A stretch of DNA of 64,000 bases from Lama glama (lineage: Eukaryota). How positions within the stretch are numbered: position 1 is the first letter of the stretch; each line of letters begins with the position of its first letter. The translations under genes and the position numbers were made by a program. A model generated the notes under the pieces. It saw only the letters and a list, made by a program, of their open reading frames with translations. It was not told the DNA's origin and did no database searches. Below, piece by piece: positions 1 to 12,690 of this stretch. Location of the stretch: NCBI GenBank assembly GCA_028534125.1, contig CM052824.1:45632001-45696000 (forward strand), in the 5' to 3' direction.

Positions 1-640
1 CCATCCATCCATCCATTTGTTCACAAAATAGTGATTGTATGACTCCTAGGTACTAGGCAGGTACCAGGCATTGTTTTGGGAGTGGAGCATTCAGGGTGAA
101 TGACTAGACAAGATCCTTGCTCTAGACAGCTCAAGAAGATAGACAATAAACAAGAAACAAATATGCACACATGATCATTTTAGATGCTGATAAGGGTGAA
201 GACGACTAATAATAATAATCCTAAGGTATGTGAAAGAGAGAAGCCAGGAAAGGCTAATTTCAATGGCATTTGAGTTGACCAATGAGCAGGACGCAGCCAT
301 TTGAATTAATATTCCAGGTAGAGCGAGTACAAAAGCCCTGAGGTGGGAACGAGTCTGATGTGTCTGGGGAAGGCAGGGACCAGAGCTCAGAAAGTAAAGG
401 GGAGAGAGTTCAGGTGACTGGCAGGCCCAGATTAAGGATGGTGGGCAGAGGTGAGGAGCCTGGTTTATTCCCAGTGCTAAGGGAGCCACAAAGGGAGGGA
501 CATGCATTTCCAGCTCCTCTGGCTGCTGTGAAAGAACTGACTTAGAGGGAGGGTGAGGGGAAGCAAGGAGTCCAGTTTAGGGGACATAAGGTAGTGGCTT
601 AGACCAAGGTGGCAGCATCCAACTTGATCAATGTACTTTT
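1..640 (-). mobile_element. L2 LINE 3' fragment with (CCAT)n tail
   Basis: CCATCCAT tail, TACCAGGCATTGTT...AAAAGCCCTGAGGTGGGAA...CTCCTCTGGCTGCTGTG typical of antisense L2. Confidence 0.7.
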
Positions 641-1243
641 TGAGGAAACTAAGGCCTGGAGCCTGCCCAGTGCCTTTTGTTCAGTTGGGCTCAAAGGTAT
701 CTATTAATGGGCTGATGGGATTCCATAGGCCCCTTCCCAACAGCCCAGGCTAACCAACTCCCCATCTGTTCTACAGCCCCTGCCTCCTTGGAGGGACTCA
801 TCTGAGCCTAGCATCCTTGTTCATCCCACACTCCATGGACAGACCAGGGGTGCTGAGGGACAGCAGGGAGAGCTTGGGGGCTGGCTTAGGAGACCTGGCT
901 CTAGCTCCAGCTCCTCCAGTTCTGCCCTGTGTGGCTTCCCCTCTCTGGGCCTTGGTTTCCATCCACATAATGAGAAGGCACAGAACTGGAGGCCCCTCCC
1001 AGCTTGGATGTGCTAATTATGTCACTTCTGGTTCAGCAGGAAGATAACTGAAGGTCTTACTTTGGCAGCCTCACTTGGGGGCTCCTAACCTATCGTCTGG
1101 CTGTGCTCTGGGCTCTGACACATCACCTGAAGCACAGACGCTGTGGTTTCTGAATCAGACTGCCTGCTGCTTCCTGTGAGACCTCAGACAAATGACTTCA
1201 CCTCCTAGAGCTTGGTTTTGCATGTGTAAAATGAGGCCGCTCA

Positions 1244-1651
<408 letters not shown>

Positions 1652-4600
1652 TTAATCCTCAGCCTGTAAGCCCTCAGCAGAACAGGGGATGAGGGAGGCA
1701 CAGCCTCCGACTGGGGAAACCAGGGCTGATTTGAGCATGCTTGTCCTGCACAAAAGTGCAGAGGCTTATCCGGCTGCGATAAATCACATGGCTTTGGTAG
1801 GCTGAGGACGGCAGGGCCTCTGGTTATCAACTGTAAGTGAGTTGCATTTCTTTAAAAAGATAATCCGGTAGCAGGAAGTTCAGAGATTTTTATTACCCGG
1901 TGACAAACATGGTAATTAATGCTGGGCAGGTTCATAAAAGGCCATGGAAAGGAGCACTGAGAGGCTTAATTTAGTTGGTCAGAGCATAGAGCCCTTCTGA
2001 AAAAGCCGAGTTTAAATTTAGCAAATTGGGACAAAGGGAGTTCAAAGGAGCAGGGGGAGAGGAGGGAGGGAAAACCAGGTTGAAGACGCCTCCCTCTGAC
2101 CTGGTGGGGCAGGACCTCCAGGAGTGAACAGGTGTCCCCACCCAGGGCTGTCCGAGGAAAGAGGGCTGACAGAGGAGCACTTAATTGCAGAAGACAAGGA
2201 AACACTTCACTCACTGACTCTAACAATTAACAGAAGTGAAACATAAAGGCGTTTAATAGATACAACAAAAAGCAAACTGCAGTTCTCTGTTAAGCAGAGA
2301 AACAGAGAGAGGAAGGGAAGGGGGTGGATTAAGGCAGAGTTGGGGGAATGGGAAGAGGAATTTCAGCTCCTCTGGAGAAAGAGTGGGTAGAAAGAGAGAG
2401 GAGAGGGAAAGTGGGGTGGGGGAAGAGAGAAAGAAATTGAGAATACAGCAACAGTTACCATTTGCTGAGGCCGGGAGCTTTACTGGATTATTTCCAACAA
2501 TATTCCCAAGAATCCTGTAAGGCAAGCACTATGAACCCTATTTCCCAGATGAGAAAAGTGAAAGTTGAGCCTAAACCGCTCAGCCAAAGCCACCAAGCTG
2601 GTAATGCTCTCACTTTCTGCATCTTTGCACAGTCAATCAGAGAATGAAAACAGATAGAAAGAAAGGATAAGTGTGAAGAAAGAAGGACCAAAAGTCGGAG
2701 GGTAAAGACAGATGGGAACCAGGAAAGGGGGTGACCGGAGGCCCCCTCAGTAAACCCCAGCCCCTCCATAAACAAATCCTGGCCCAGCAGGGGTTCAGCA
2801 ACAGGACAAGCACTTATAAAAATGGGAACAGATCAGATAAAGCTTGGGGAGACGTGGGAGGGGGTGAGTATGGCTGGACTTCGTTAAGTGACAAGAGAAG
2901 ATGGAACCAGCACAGCATCCTCTCCCCCATCCTCTGCCCTGGCAACCCCGTTCCTAGGGGGAGGACACAGCTGAGGCAAGCACAGAAATGGGGCGGACCT
3001 GTGCCAGGCTCGGGATGTGGATGGTGTGTCCACGGCTGGGGCAGGAGGTCTGTGCAGAGGAGGGTGTGGGGAAGCTGGAGGTCAGAGCGGGTCAACCTCC
3101 ACAGAAGGGGCCCTGGCTGGGCACACAGCCGGGGGCATGGTCACCACACTCACCTCCTGGGCCTGCCTCCTCTCACTGTTTTTCCTCCACCCCAGATACT
3201 GCTAGCATCTCCCTCCCTGCTGCCTTCCATGCTTGAGCTCACCTGTGATGATACTCGGCCAGGGATACCCCTCCCCACCTTGCGTGGCTAATGCCTCCTT
3301 GCTGCTTCACCTTCAGCTCAGGAAGGCTTTCCTCCATGTCCCACAACACTGAGGTTTCCAGCAGCAGCTGGCCCACATTGCTAGGCGTGAGCCTTGCCCT
3401 CGGCTGCTCCCAGCACTGTGTTCTCAGCACCTGTTAGTGAGTCTGTCCCCCACAAGGGCTGTGGGGAGGGACCACGTATGACTCACATTCATGCCCAACA
3501 CATGTGAGGCACACAGCAGGTGCCCAGCGAGCCCTGAATGAGCAGAAGGCAGGCAGGGAAGGGCCTTGAATGCCAAGCCAAAAAACCTGGACTTCATCAT
3601 GTGACTGCAGACTGTGTGAGTGACAAGATTGAGGGCTTCACCTGGCAGGTGTGTGCAGGAGGGGGTAGGCAGGACGCAGGAGTTCCACAGGCAACTGAGA
3701 CATGACAGCCTCTTGGGGATATGTGTATAGTCTCCCAGGGCCTTGGCTGGAGGTCCCACTGCCGTCTAGCCATTGTGTGTGTAGTGTCTTCCCTGGCAAC
3801 ATGGGACACACGGGGAGAAGAGCAGGAGTGGGAATCAGAGACATGGATCTGCCACTGGCTCAGGGCCAACCAGTACTCCCTGGGCCTCAGTCTCCTGATC
3901 CGTAAATGTGAAAGGCACACAGTTGGTGTGCTGAGCCCTAGAGCAGAGGTGTGTTCTGCTCTTCCTGTCCAAGTCAACAACTCCCATAACACTCCCATCA
4001 CACTCAGCAGCAGGAGGCAGCCACCCTACAAGCCTGGGAAGCTGCCGGCAGAAAAGCAGCATGAAGCTGGGGGAGGCCACCCAGGCTGGAGCTGATGGGC
4101 AGCTCACGCTTCTGCTCCAGGGGAGAATATGCACTTGCCGCTTCTCTCTCACCAAGGATGTGGGATTCAGGCAGTGGACAAGGAGGACGGGCCACTCCAG
4201 GGGCCAAGATGAGGGGCTAGTGGCTCTGTGAGCTCTCAGCAGCTCTGCTGGGGTTGGTCTCATCTGTGTGTGGTGCCAGCAGGAGGCTGGTGGACTAATC
4301 CTGGCTGTGAAATCCTAGTGGCGGGCTGTTCTGGCCTCCTGTTACCCTAAAGCGCAGCTTCAGGCAGGAGTGGGGAGCAGGCAAGAGCAGAGGCCTGGGG
4401 CTGGGATGCAGCCCTGGTTGTCCCTTGACTCTCTTAAGTTGCAATTTCTGTGGTTGCAAATGGACTACACAGAGGACTCAAGGGGAGAAAAGAACACAAC
4501 TTAGCTTATACAAGTTGGGAATGTTATCATCTATTGAAAAAATACACAATCACTGTAAAAAAAAAAAATGAAAACCACAGAAAACCTGAGATGACCCCAG

Positions 4601-6363
4601 GTGCCAAAGTCAGAGGAGGAGGAAGGCAGATGCCCAGATGAGCAGGGCTCTTTATAACCTTCCCTCTGCAATTCAGTAGGCCTCAGATTCATATTTTATT
4701 AATATGAATCAATTTTCCATATGTGACTGACTCTGTGACCCCTGGTGCAGCCTGAAAAGAAAATTATGCTTGTCAGCGGGTTGGGGGGCCTCCCCTGTAA
4801 TTTGCCAAGGTAGCTGTTCAGGCTGGGAAGCCACGCCCCTTTCTTTCTTTTTATGGGTTTTGCTGCATTGTCCTGGAGCAGCTAACGCCGGCAGCTGCAT
4901 AGTTTATCTCTTTACCCAGTCTGGCCTTGCAATTAAAGGCAGTAACAGTTATTGAACTGTCTCTTCCTGTGGCCATAATCTGTAATTCAAACCTTCATCT
5001 TCTCCCAGCACTTTGGAATTTGGCACTCTGTTTTGGTTGAAAATACTTTGCATTTCTATAAGCAGTTTTTACAGGAGGCTCCTTAAGAGTGAGGTCATTA
5101 CCAAGGAAAATTCCTGGGTCTAATTTTCTGGGCTTCCTGGACCTGTGGATCATGGAAGCTCTGGGTTAGAAGGACGGGCCTCTGTAGCTTCCTCACAGTA
5201 TATTTGCAGGCTGGCCAGCTGGCCCTCCAGGCCCCATGGGCATACTTTTAGTGATGGGCGCTCATTACCTTTTGGGACAGCCCCACGTCATCTTTGGAAG
5301 ACAAGTGAAATCTGCTTCCTGCAAGCTTCTGATCATCATTCCCACATCTCTCTAAGGTACATTAAGAACATTAAGAATCTGCTCTTCTCCCATTTTGCAG
5401 GAGAGGAAACTAAGGCTCAAAGAGATAAAGTGAATTCCCCCAGCTGTGCAATGATTAGACTAATGTCTACTTTCTCCTGAGCCCTTGCTGATGCCATAAA
5501 TGGGGTTGGAGGCAGGGAAAGGGAGACTGGCCCTTGTTTGGGTAGAGGCAGTGGAGGTGGGGCTCTGTGCAAGTGTTGGGAAGTTCCTAGAGGCAGGCCC
5601 CATAGAACCCGCCACCACCAATTTGTGCTGTGACCACACGACCAGGGCCTTGGTCAGGAGGCCAAGGCAGAGATTTGCTTCTTATCAAGGGTGCTATCCT
5701 GGGGGCCCCTAGCCCCTTTCTGTTTCAGTGGGTGGAACTGGAGGCTGTGAATGAGAATCCACAGGTGACCCACAATTGTCTGGTTGAAAAAAAGCCTCTG
5801 AACATAGAACAGCAGGAAATCCTGGGATTGATTCTTACAGGTGGAAGATACCAGTGATGAGTTCATGATTTTTATAATTGCTGTATAGTTAGGATCTGAT
5901 TAAATATTTTTTAAAAAGTTAAAGTTGGAGGTGGGGAACCAGATCAAAGGGGCTGGGAGAAGATGCATGGCTTTTCTCGGAGCCCCTTTTGTAGTAAACA
6001 TCTATCTGGAACACTCCTGCAAGTTTGGGGGATGATGAAGGAGGCTGCAGTGGGCATGGTAAGAAGTGGAAGGCTGTAGCCTTGATGGAAGGCTGGAGAC
6101 AGCCAGCATGCAGGGGATGCACAGGGAAGGGCCTTCCTATATGGCAGCCATCATATCTGTCACAAGGGCAATGAGAGCAGTGAATACTCCCCCCGATGTC
6201 TGGCAGGCAGGTGGTATCCAGGAGCCTCGAGCAAATGCCTCACTGGTAGGTGGCTCTGATAAATGCATCGCTCCTCACTCTGCCCAGGGTGCCTCGCACA
6301 GTGGGGCTGGGAAGCTTGGCAGGAGTCTGCTGAAGGAGGGGGCAGCAGCGGCCTGGTACTCAC

Positions 6364-6457
6364 GTTGCATCCAGTTCCCACTCACTGGGCTGAGGAAGTT
6401 GGGGTAGAGGCCGAAGGGCTTGTCAATCTTCCTAAGGACCTTTCGGATATTCCTGAC
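6364..6457 (-). CDS. MAN1C1: MAN1C1 internal exon (probable exon 7): VRNIRKVLRKIDKPFGLYPNFLSPVSGNWMQ(H)
   Basis: Acceptor CCATCTCTCGGCAG|, donor AAC|GTGAGT. 94 nt, phase 0 to 1. Confidence 0.96.
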
Positions 6458-6784
6458 CTGCCGAGAGATGGACACCAGGCACATCTTCACTTTCCCTGGG
6501 AAGCCTGCCAACTCCCAGCTCACTGAGGATGGAGGCAGCTGGTTTGGGTCCAGAGAGGCAGGAAGGGAGAGTGGAGTAACCAACAGCTGGTTCCACCCGG
6601 AGGTGTGAGCTGGCCCTGCCCTGTTGCTCAAGTACCAGGTGGGGCATGACCCCCACCTCTGCACTGACTGCTCTGCCTGGGGCCCTGCCGGTCCCCACCC
6701 CTCACCCCTTCCTCATTGTGTGTCCCTTCTGAGGACGAGTCTTTTTAGAATTGGGTTGGTATAAGTGATAGTAACTCATTTGTA

Positions 6785-6860
6785 AGTGCTAGACAAAACT
6801 GCCTTTTTAATAGGTCAGAAATGGTTAAACTCTGGCAATTTCATATGGTTCAGCCTGGTA
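6785..6860. mobile_element. Mariner-derived MITE remnant (MADE2-like)
   Basis: TGCCTTTTTAATAGGTCAGAAATGGTTAAACTCTGGCAATTTCATATGGTTCAGCCT resembles the recalled MADE2 core and one terminal inverted repeat. Confidence 0.65.
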
Positions 6861-7774
6861 ATACGTTATTTATCTGACACCGTAGGAAACTTTCCAGAGA
6901 AGCCTGGGCTCCTCAACATTCCTGTTTCCCTAACAGGTATCTCAGGGTTTTAATAACAATAACAACAGTTCCTCTGAGCCATATATGATCTCCAACTCTC
7001 ATAACTACCTATACAGTACTATTATCTCAGTATTATCTCAGTTTAACAGACAAGACACCAAATCTCAGAGGGCTTCAGTCACTTGCCCATGGTCACGAGG
7101 TTTTAAGTGGCAGAGCCAGGACTTGAGTCAGGTGCGTCTGATCACTCAGAGCAGCCCCTAGGTCTGACACGCATCAGGGCAGGGACCATGCAGCAATGCG
7201 TAGCAGAGGTCACCCCATCTGGAGCAAGAGGCTGGATTTGCAACCTCTGGGGGTAGGAAGGGAGAGAGGCGGGATGGAGGAAGGCATTATCCATCGGCGT
7301 GTGCTGTCTGGCAGTACACGGAATTCTCCCAGTACAGACTCTGCAGGACAGAAGGGCCCTCAGGGACTGAACTGTATCATGCTCGCAGATTTACCTACAA
7401 GGCGAGGAGCAGGGAAAGCAGGCTTTCAGCTGTTAGACCTTTCTTTCCAGGGGACGGCACTTTGCTTTGCCACATCAGATCTCATATCCATTTATGTTAA
7501 CGGAGTCCATTATCAGGGACAGGAGTGTGCTTGTACCTGAGTTATTCTCAACTGTTCTGGTGGTGAGCAGTGAAGCAGGCTAAATTAGCTCACCCAGAGG
7601 GTATGAGCGCTTCTAGAATTTGGGCCAATTTGTTGACTGCCAATAATCGCCTCTGTGGGAGGCATGACGAGGGATGAAAGTAGCTGGAGAATGTAAATGT
7701 AGAGAGAGACAGACAGAGAGGTGGATGGACTCCTGAGATAAAGCCTGAAGCCTGTTACACTGATCTGGTCTTGA

Positions 7775-7980
7775 AAGTATGTGGGCTTCAGAGCTGGAAA
7801 ATCTTGGGTTTCAGTCTCTACTTTATCACTTACCAGCTGGATGACCCAGGACAAGTGATTGAACCTCTCTGAGTCTTAGTTTCCTCTTCTGTAAAATGGG
7901 GATAACAGAAGACACACACCTCGTAGGGTTGATGGGAGAATGAGAGCTACTATTTGGTACCCTACACATAGTAGGTGCCC
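7775..7980 (+). mobile_element. MIR SINE
   Basis: Core AACCTCTCTGAGTCTTAGTTTCCTCTTCTGTAAAATGGGGATAA. Confidence 0.8.
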
Positions 7981-8339
7981 AGGCAGTGGTATCTCCAGAC
8001 TAGTAGGGACTAGACCGAGCCCCTGTGTCACTCCAACATCACAGCCATGACATTCCTAGAGGAGCCTGGCTCAAGAGCAGTGGAAATAGGGAGGCTGTGG
8101 GGAGGGAGGGCCTGGAGGCAGGAAAAAGGATCAGAAAATAAGACCCATCAGAAGTGGGATTGAATTTATTGCATGAGCTGTTGAGCTGGGGCATCCCAGG
8201 GAGGCAGAGTCCTCTCAATATAAGGAAAAGCTTCTGAAGGGAGGTATGACAACATGAGGGGCTGTTCAAGGGTAGTAGTGAGCCCCAGCGCAGAGAAGTG
8301 ACCTTAAGAACATTTGGGTGGATTCCCACACTGAATAAG

Positions 8340-8473
8340 CAGTGGTCCTAAAAAGCACATGGATGCTTATTTAAAATGCAGATTCCTGGGCCTGGGCGAC
8401 ATTCAGAAATCTTCACCTGCGCGCTAGGTGATGCTTTCAGGCTGGTTGGCTGACACAAAACTGGAAGCCACTG
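8340..8473. mobile_element. MER5-like hAT-Charlie remnant
   Basis: CAGTGGT...CCACTG inverted ends; TTAAAATGCAGATTCCTGGGCC core. Confidence 0.65.
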
Positions 8474-9316
8474 GGCAGAGGTGTGACTCTGATCTCCCAG
8501 CTCCCTTGGCATTCTAAGAGACTAACATTTGGGGGAAAGAGAAGGGCTGGGGAGTGGGGGCCTCCTTCTTCTTGGAGGGCAGGACTCAGGAAGGGACAAG
8601 TGGTATCTGAGGGTGGTGTGTGTACATTTCCCTTTTTTGCGTTTAGGGTTAGACCTATGGAGACACTTCCAGATAGTGGGACTGCCAAGGGCTGTGACAC
8701 TGAGGAGCTGCTCCTGGAGGGTATCACAGGCGGGCAGGAATGGCCAGCTGTCAGGATGGACGAAGGCCTGGATGCCAGCTCTCTGCACCCCTTGTGGCCA
8801 TAGCCAGCCCAGTAACAATAAGAAGGAACAGACGTGTGCCTTTACTGTGGAGTGAAATTGCTTTGCCAGCCTGCTGACAGCACGAGCTAGACAGGCATCT
8901 GGGAGGAAAAAGCAGGCAGATCTCACACGAAAAAGTTAAATGTCTCTGGAAAGGGGACTTCTGCGCTGTGTGGCCAATTCCTGCCAACACAAGCTGATGC
9001 CTAGTTTTCAGTTGTTGCACGTTCTCCAGATTTCACATACGTGTGGCTGCCACCGAGCTCACACATACCAGGGAAAACCTTCTTGCTGGCAGCTTTGTCT
9101 CTTCCCTGCCCTTTGAGGAATCCTGGTTACTCCCTGCACTCACGATCCCTGCCGCCTGGCATCAGGAACAATCACTTGCTACACTGGTGGCGTCTAGAGG
9201 CCTGGGGGCTCCCCACCCACCCTCCAGCCGGCCCATAGTCCATCTCCCTGCCACAGGCTGGGTGGCTCACCCTCTGCTCTCTGTGGGGAAGGGAGAGGGC
9301 AGGGAAGAAGACTTGC

Positions 9317-9443
9317 CTTTTCTGCGAAGACCTGGTTGCCAGAGAGCTCGGTGAGGTGTAAGAACTCTAAGTGCAGGGATCCAAACTCTGCCAGGATGCT
9401 GCTGCTCCCTGCCATGGCCCAGCCCCAGCTCCTGTTGGAGCCA
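9317..9443 (-). CDS. MAN1C1: MAN1C1 internal exon (probable exon 6): (S)GSNRSWGWAMAGSSSILAEFGSLHLEFLHLTELSGNQVFAEK
   Basis: Acceptor CTTCTGTCTTTTCAG|, donor AAG|GCAAGT (GC donor). 127 nt, phase 2 to 0. LAExGxxxLEF motif. Confidence 0.94.
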
Positions 9444-9504
9444 CTGAAAAGACAGAAGCAGCCACGGTCACCCTTCTGCCGGCAGGACTGGCGCCTCTGC
9501 TTCA

Positions 9505-9700
9505 TGGAGGAGCACCTACTATGTGCCAGGCACTGGACTAGGAGCTTTGCCATACAATCCCAGTTAATCCTCCCTGGCTGTCAGTACTATTCATACCCCC
9601 ATTCAGCTGATGAGGACACTGAGGTCGGTGAGAGGATGTAACTTGCTGAAGGTCATTTGAACCCAGGCCAGTCTGACATGCAATATTCTGTGCTTTTATT
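9505..9700 (-). mobile_element. MIR SINE just upstream of the exon 6 acceptor
   Basis: GAGCACCTACTATGTGCCAGGCACT...GATGAGGACACTGAGG...AACTTGCTGAAGGTCA. Confidence 0.7.
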
Positions 9701-12049
9701 GTCAAGCAGCTTCTGTAAGACATGTGGGCTCCGGAGGGACATTAGCAGAGCTGCCTTGGTGGCCAAGACCTGATACACACGTGATGCTAAATTTACAGCT
9801 GAGATTGATAATGCCGTTGGGGACCACAAAGACCCCAAGGAACACTTCATTTCCGTCTACTGGCTGAAGGCAACCCAACGGCTCACAATCATTGCTGCTG
9901 TGTGTGGAGGGTAAACAGTGCATGTCTGGGGTCTGAAGGGGGCAGATGAGGAGCAGGGACCCCACTTGGCCCTTTCCCTCCTCCTACAGTCAGTGCTGCC
10001 TATGGACACACAATGGCCCCCACCTGGAACTTCGTGGAACCCACACCTGAAGAGGGGGTGGTTCTGCTAAGAGCACACAACTGGGGTTGCTGGACCCTGG
10101 GGAAGCCCGAGGTTACGAATGAAAGCAGCAGGGGCTCTCAGAGCAAAGATTTCTGCACACTCTAACCACACAGGTCTCATGAACACCTTAGATGGTTGCC
10201 AAAATGACCCTGTGACCTTGCTGGAGAAGCCTGTCAACTAACCGCTTCCTGGTACTGAGTGCTTTTAAGGCAGCAGAGTGAAGAGGCAGGGCCTCGGGTA
10301 GTCCTCCCATCTGCCCCTCTCATAGATGAGGAAACCAAGGCACAGGACGGTGATCACACAGTAGGTGGAACAGACCCAAGGCTGGTCTAATGCCGGAGCT
10401 TGTCCCAACCACCATGCGGCGGCATCTTCTTTCATTATGCAATAAGAGGCAAGGACGCTGCCTTTCTAGGAGCTGTCACTTAAACTCTCCCTTAGACCTG
10501 CAATCAGGAGGCGCAGAGTTAAGATTGTGAGCAGTGAGGCCTTGGTCAAACCATTTCCTCCTTGTGTACCTTAGTTTCTGCATTCATCAAACTGGGTATG
10601 ATAATTCATCTCCATCTCTGTGCCTAGGACTTTGTGGGGATTGGAAGAGAAGAGGAAGGTGCGGATGGGGAGTGGCCTTGGACAAGCTGCTTCCTCTCCC
10701 TGACCTTAGCTTCTGCTCATGCATCATGATGCTCTTACCTATGGGATGTTTAGGATAATCGGGGACACGAGGGTCAACCTCCCTCTGCAGGGTTGTGGGG
10801 GTCTGGGGGTGAGGGCACAGTGGGGTGGAGTGAGTGCCCCCTATCTGTAGGGGCTCCAAGGTGCAGCCAGTGTGTGGCAGGCTTGGGGGCTGGCTCAGCC
10901 TGGGCCTCTGGAAGCCCCTCAGCTTCCTTGCTGTGGAAGCTCTGGCCCATGTCATCCCTCTGTCTTTCAGGGACAGGACTGAGGAAGGCAGGCATGGGTC
11001 TGGCAGGTCACAGTGTGCCAGCTGAGGGGCACTGCTTTATCTGGGGTGGGCTGGGGCTCCCAGGAGGCTGCCCTTCTCTCTGACGTGGTTTCCAGGGAAC
11101 TCAGGAAACTCACCAGTCTCCCAGCTTCCAGAAATAATAGAATCGAGTTTTTGGCTCTTTTGGAGCAGGTGACTTGGATAAACATACCCACTTCCTTAGG
11201 TGTTTTCCTGACTTGGGGGCAGGTGGGGAGGGACAGGTTACACAAAGAGGGGAAACCTGACTCCTGTATAGTAAATAAAACACCTTCTGTTTATTGAGCC
11301 TTTCCAGATGCAGGCACTGGGGCAAGCTGTTTGCATCACGACTTCATTTAAAGCCCACAAGGGAAAGCATCATTAATCCCTGAGGAAACTGAGGCTCAGA
11401 GAGGGAAGTGAGTTGCAGAGGTCAGAGCTGGTAGGTGGTGGAGGCAGGATACAAACTGAGATCTGCCAGCCTCGGCCTCAGAGGTCACTTCCCTCAGGGG
11501 TCTCCCTGAGACAGCCCCATATCCCCCTATAATGAAGGGGGAGCTGACCCCTCTCTGTCCCTCTTCCCCTCCCCCCAGGCCAAGAGACTTCTTCTCCATT
11601 TTGTGATCTCTGTGAGAGCCACAGGTACCCACAGAGGATTTCCTGAATAATTGATGCTTCCTGCCCTCACAGAGGAACTCAAAGTTAAAAAAAGCCACCA
11701 GCCACCCAACCATCTTTTGTTCTCATTTCCCTCTTCACGAGCCTCTCCTTCCTCTTTCCTCTCTCCCAAAGCTTACCCTCCCAAGTGGGCCTCCTGTAGT
11801 GGGGCTGCCTGGGCAGAGGTGGACAGTGGGCCGGCCGCCTTCCTTCTCTCCTGCCGGGCTTCAAACACTGACTCCTCCAGTTCCCAGCTAGGGGACTTAG
11901 GCAGGTCGGTGACTTTCTCTAGACCTCATCAGTTAAATAACAGTACACACCCCTCATAGAGTCAATTTGAGGTATAGATTATGTGTGTAATTACTGTCAT
12001 TGTTACCATTATGTAATTACGAACACCTTAATGACACATTGTTTGTTAG

Positions 12050-12260
12050 AGTTAAGTTCCTGGTATGTGCCAGACAGCTGTGGTATCTTATTTTTACCTT
12101 CACATCCAACTTCATAGGTAGATACCATGATTCTTATTCCATAGGTTAGGATACTCAGACTCAGAGAGGGGAAGACACTTTTCCAAGGTCACACAGTAAG
12201 TGATAGAGCTGGAAGAATTGTATCCAAATACAAATTCTAGGTACTTGTGCCCCAAATGTA
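12050..12260 (-). mobile_element. MIR SINE
   Basis: ACTCAGAGAGGGGAAGACACTTTTCCAAGGTCACACAGTAAGTG. Confidence 0.65.
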
Positions 12261-12489
12261 TCTGTTCTAGTCAGCATCCAGAGACCAGGTCTTCTGATCA
12301 GCCCTGTGAAGCAATGGGAAGCTCTGCCCCCTGCTCCCCAACCTGCCTTTGAAGTCTGCAAGTGGGCCTGCAGCCCGTGTTCTCTCCCCTGGGGGAGGGG
12401 CTGCTCCGCAGTGCCCCTCCCCAGCCTGGTGGAAGCTTCTGAGTATGTGCACACCTATGTATGCATGCACACACGTGTATGGTGTAATC

Positions 12490-12690
12490 ATTAACTCTGG
12501 AGCCAGACAGATTTGGATTCTAATTCTAACTCTGCTTTGTTGCTATGTGACCTTGGGTAAGTTACCTCATCTCTCTGAGTCTCAGTTTCTTCACTGTTAA
12601 AATGGGGCCCATGTGGTTGTTGTGAGGTGAAAAGAGAACCTGTGTCTTCATGCCTGGGATACAGTAAACATTCAATAAATGCAAGCAATT
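12490..12690 (+). mobile_element. MIR SINE
   Basis: CTCTGGAGCCAGAC...TGTGACCTTGGGTAAGTTACC...CTCAGTTTC...CAATAAATG. Confidence 0.82.

Larger units (their letters stand above)
6458..9316 (-). other. MAN1C1: GC-AG (non-canonical U2-type) intron of MAN1C1
   Basis: 5' end reads GCAAGT after exonic AAG. Only this junction gives the in-frame AEK|VRN join. Confidence 0.9.

Noticed and set aside
3148-3156. Strong minus-strand donor-like site GAG|GTGAGT (others near 26560, 61493 and 63670)
   Set aside because: No matching acceptor or coding signal upstream; isolated donor words are common.
12050-12690. Inverted MIR pair as an RNA hairpin (also 62490-63250)
   Set aside because: Copies appear too diverged for a long stable duplex, and inverted MIRs are common.
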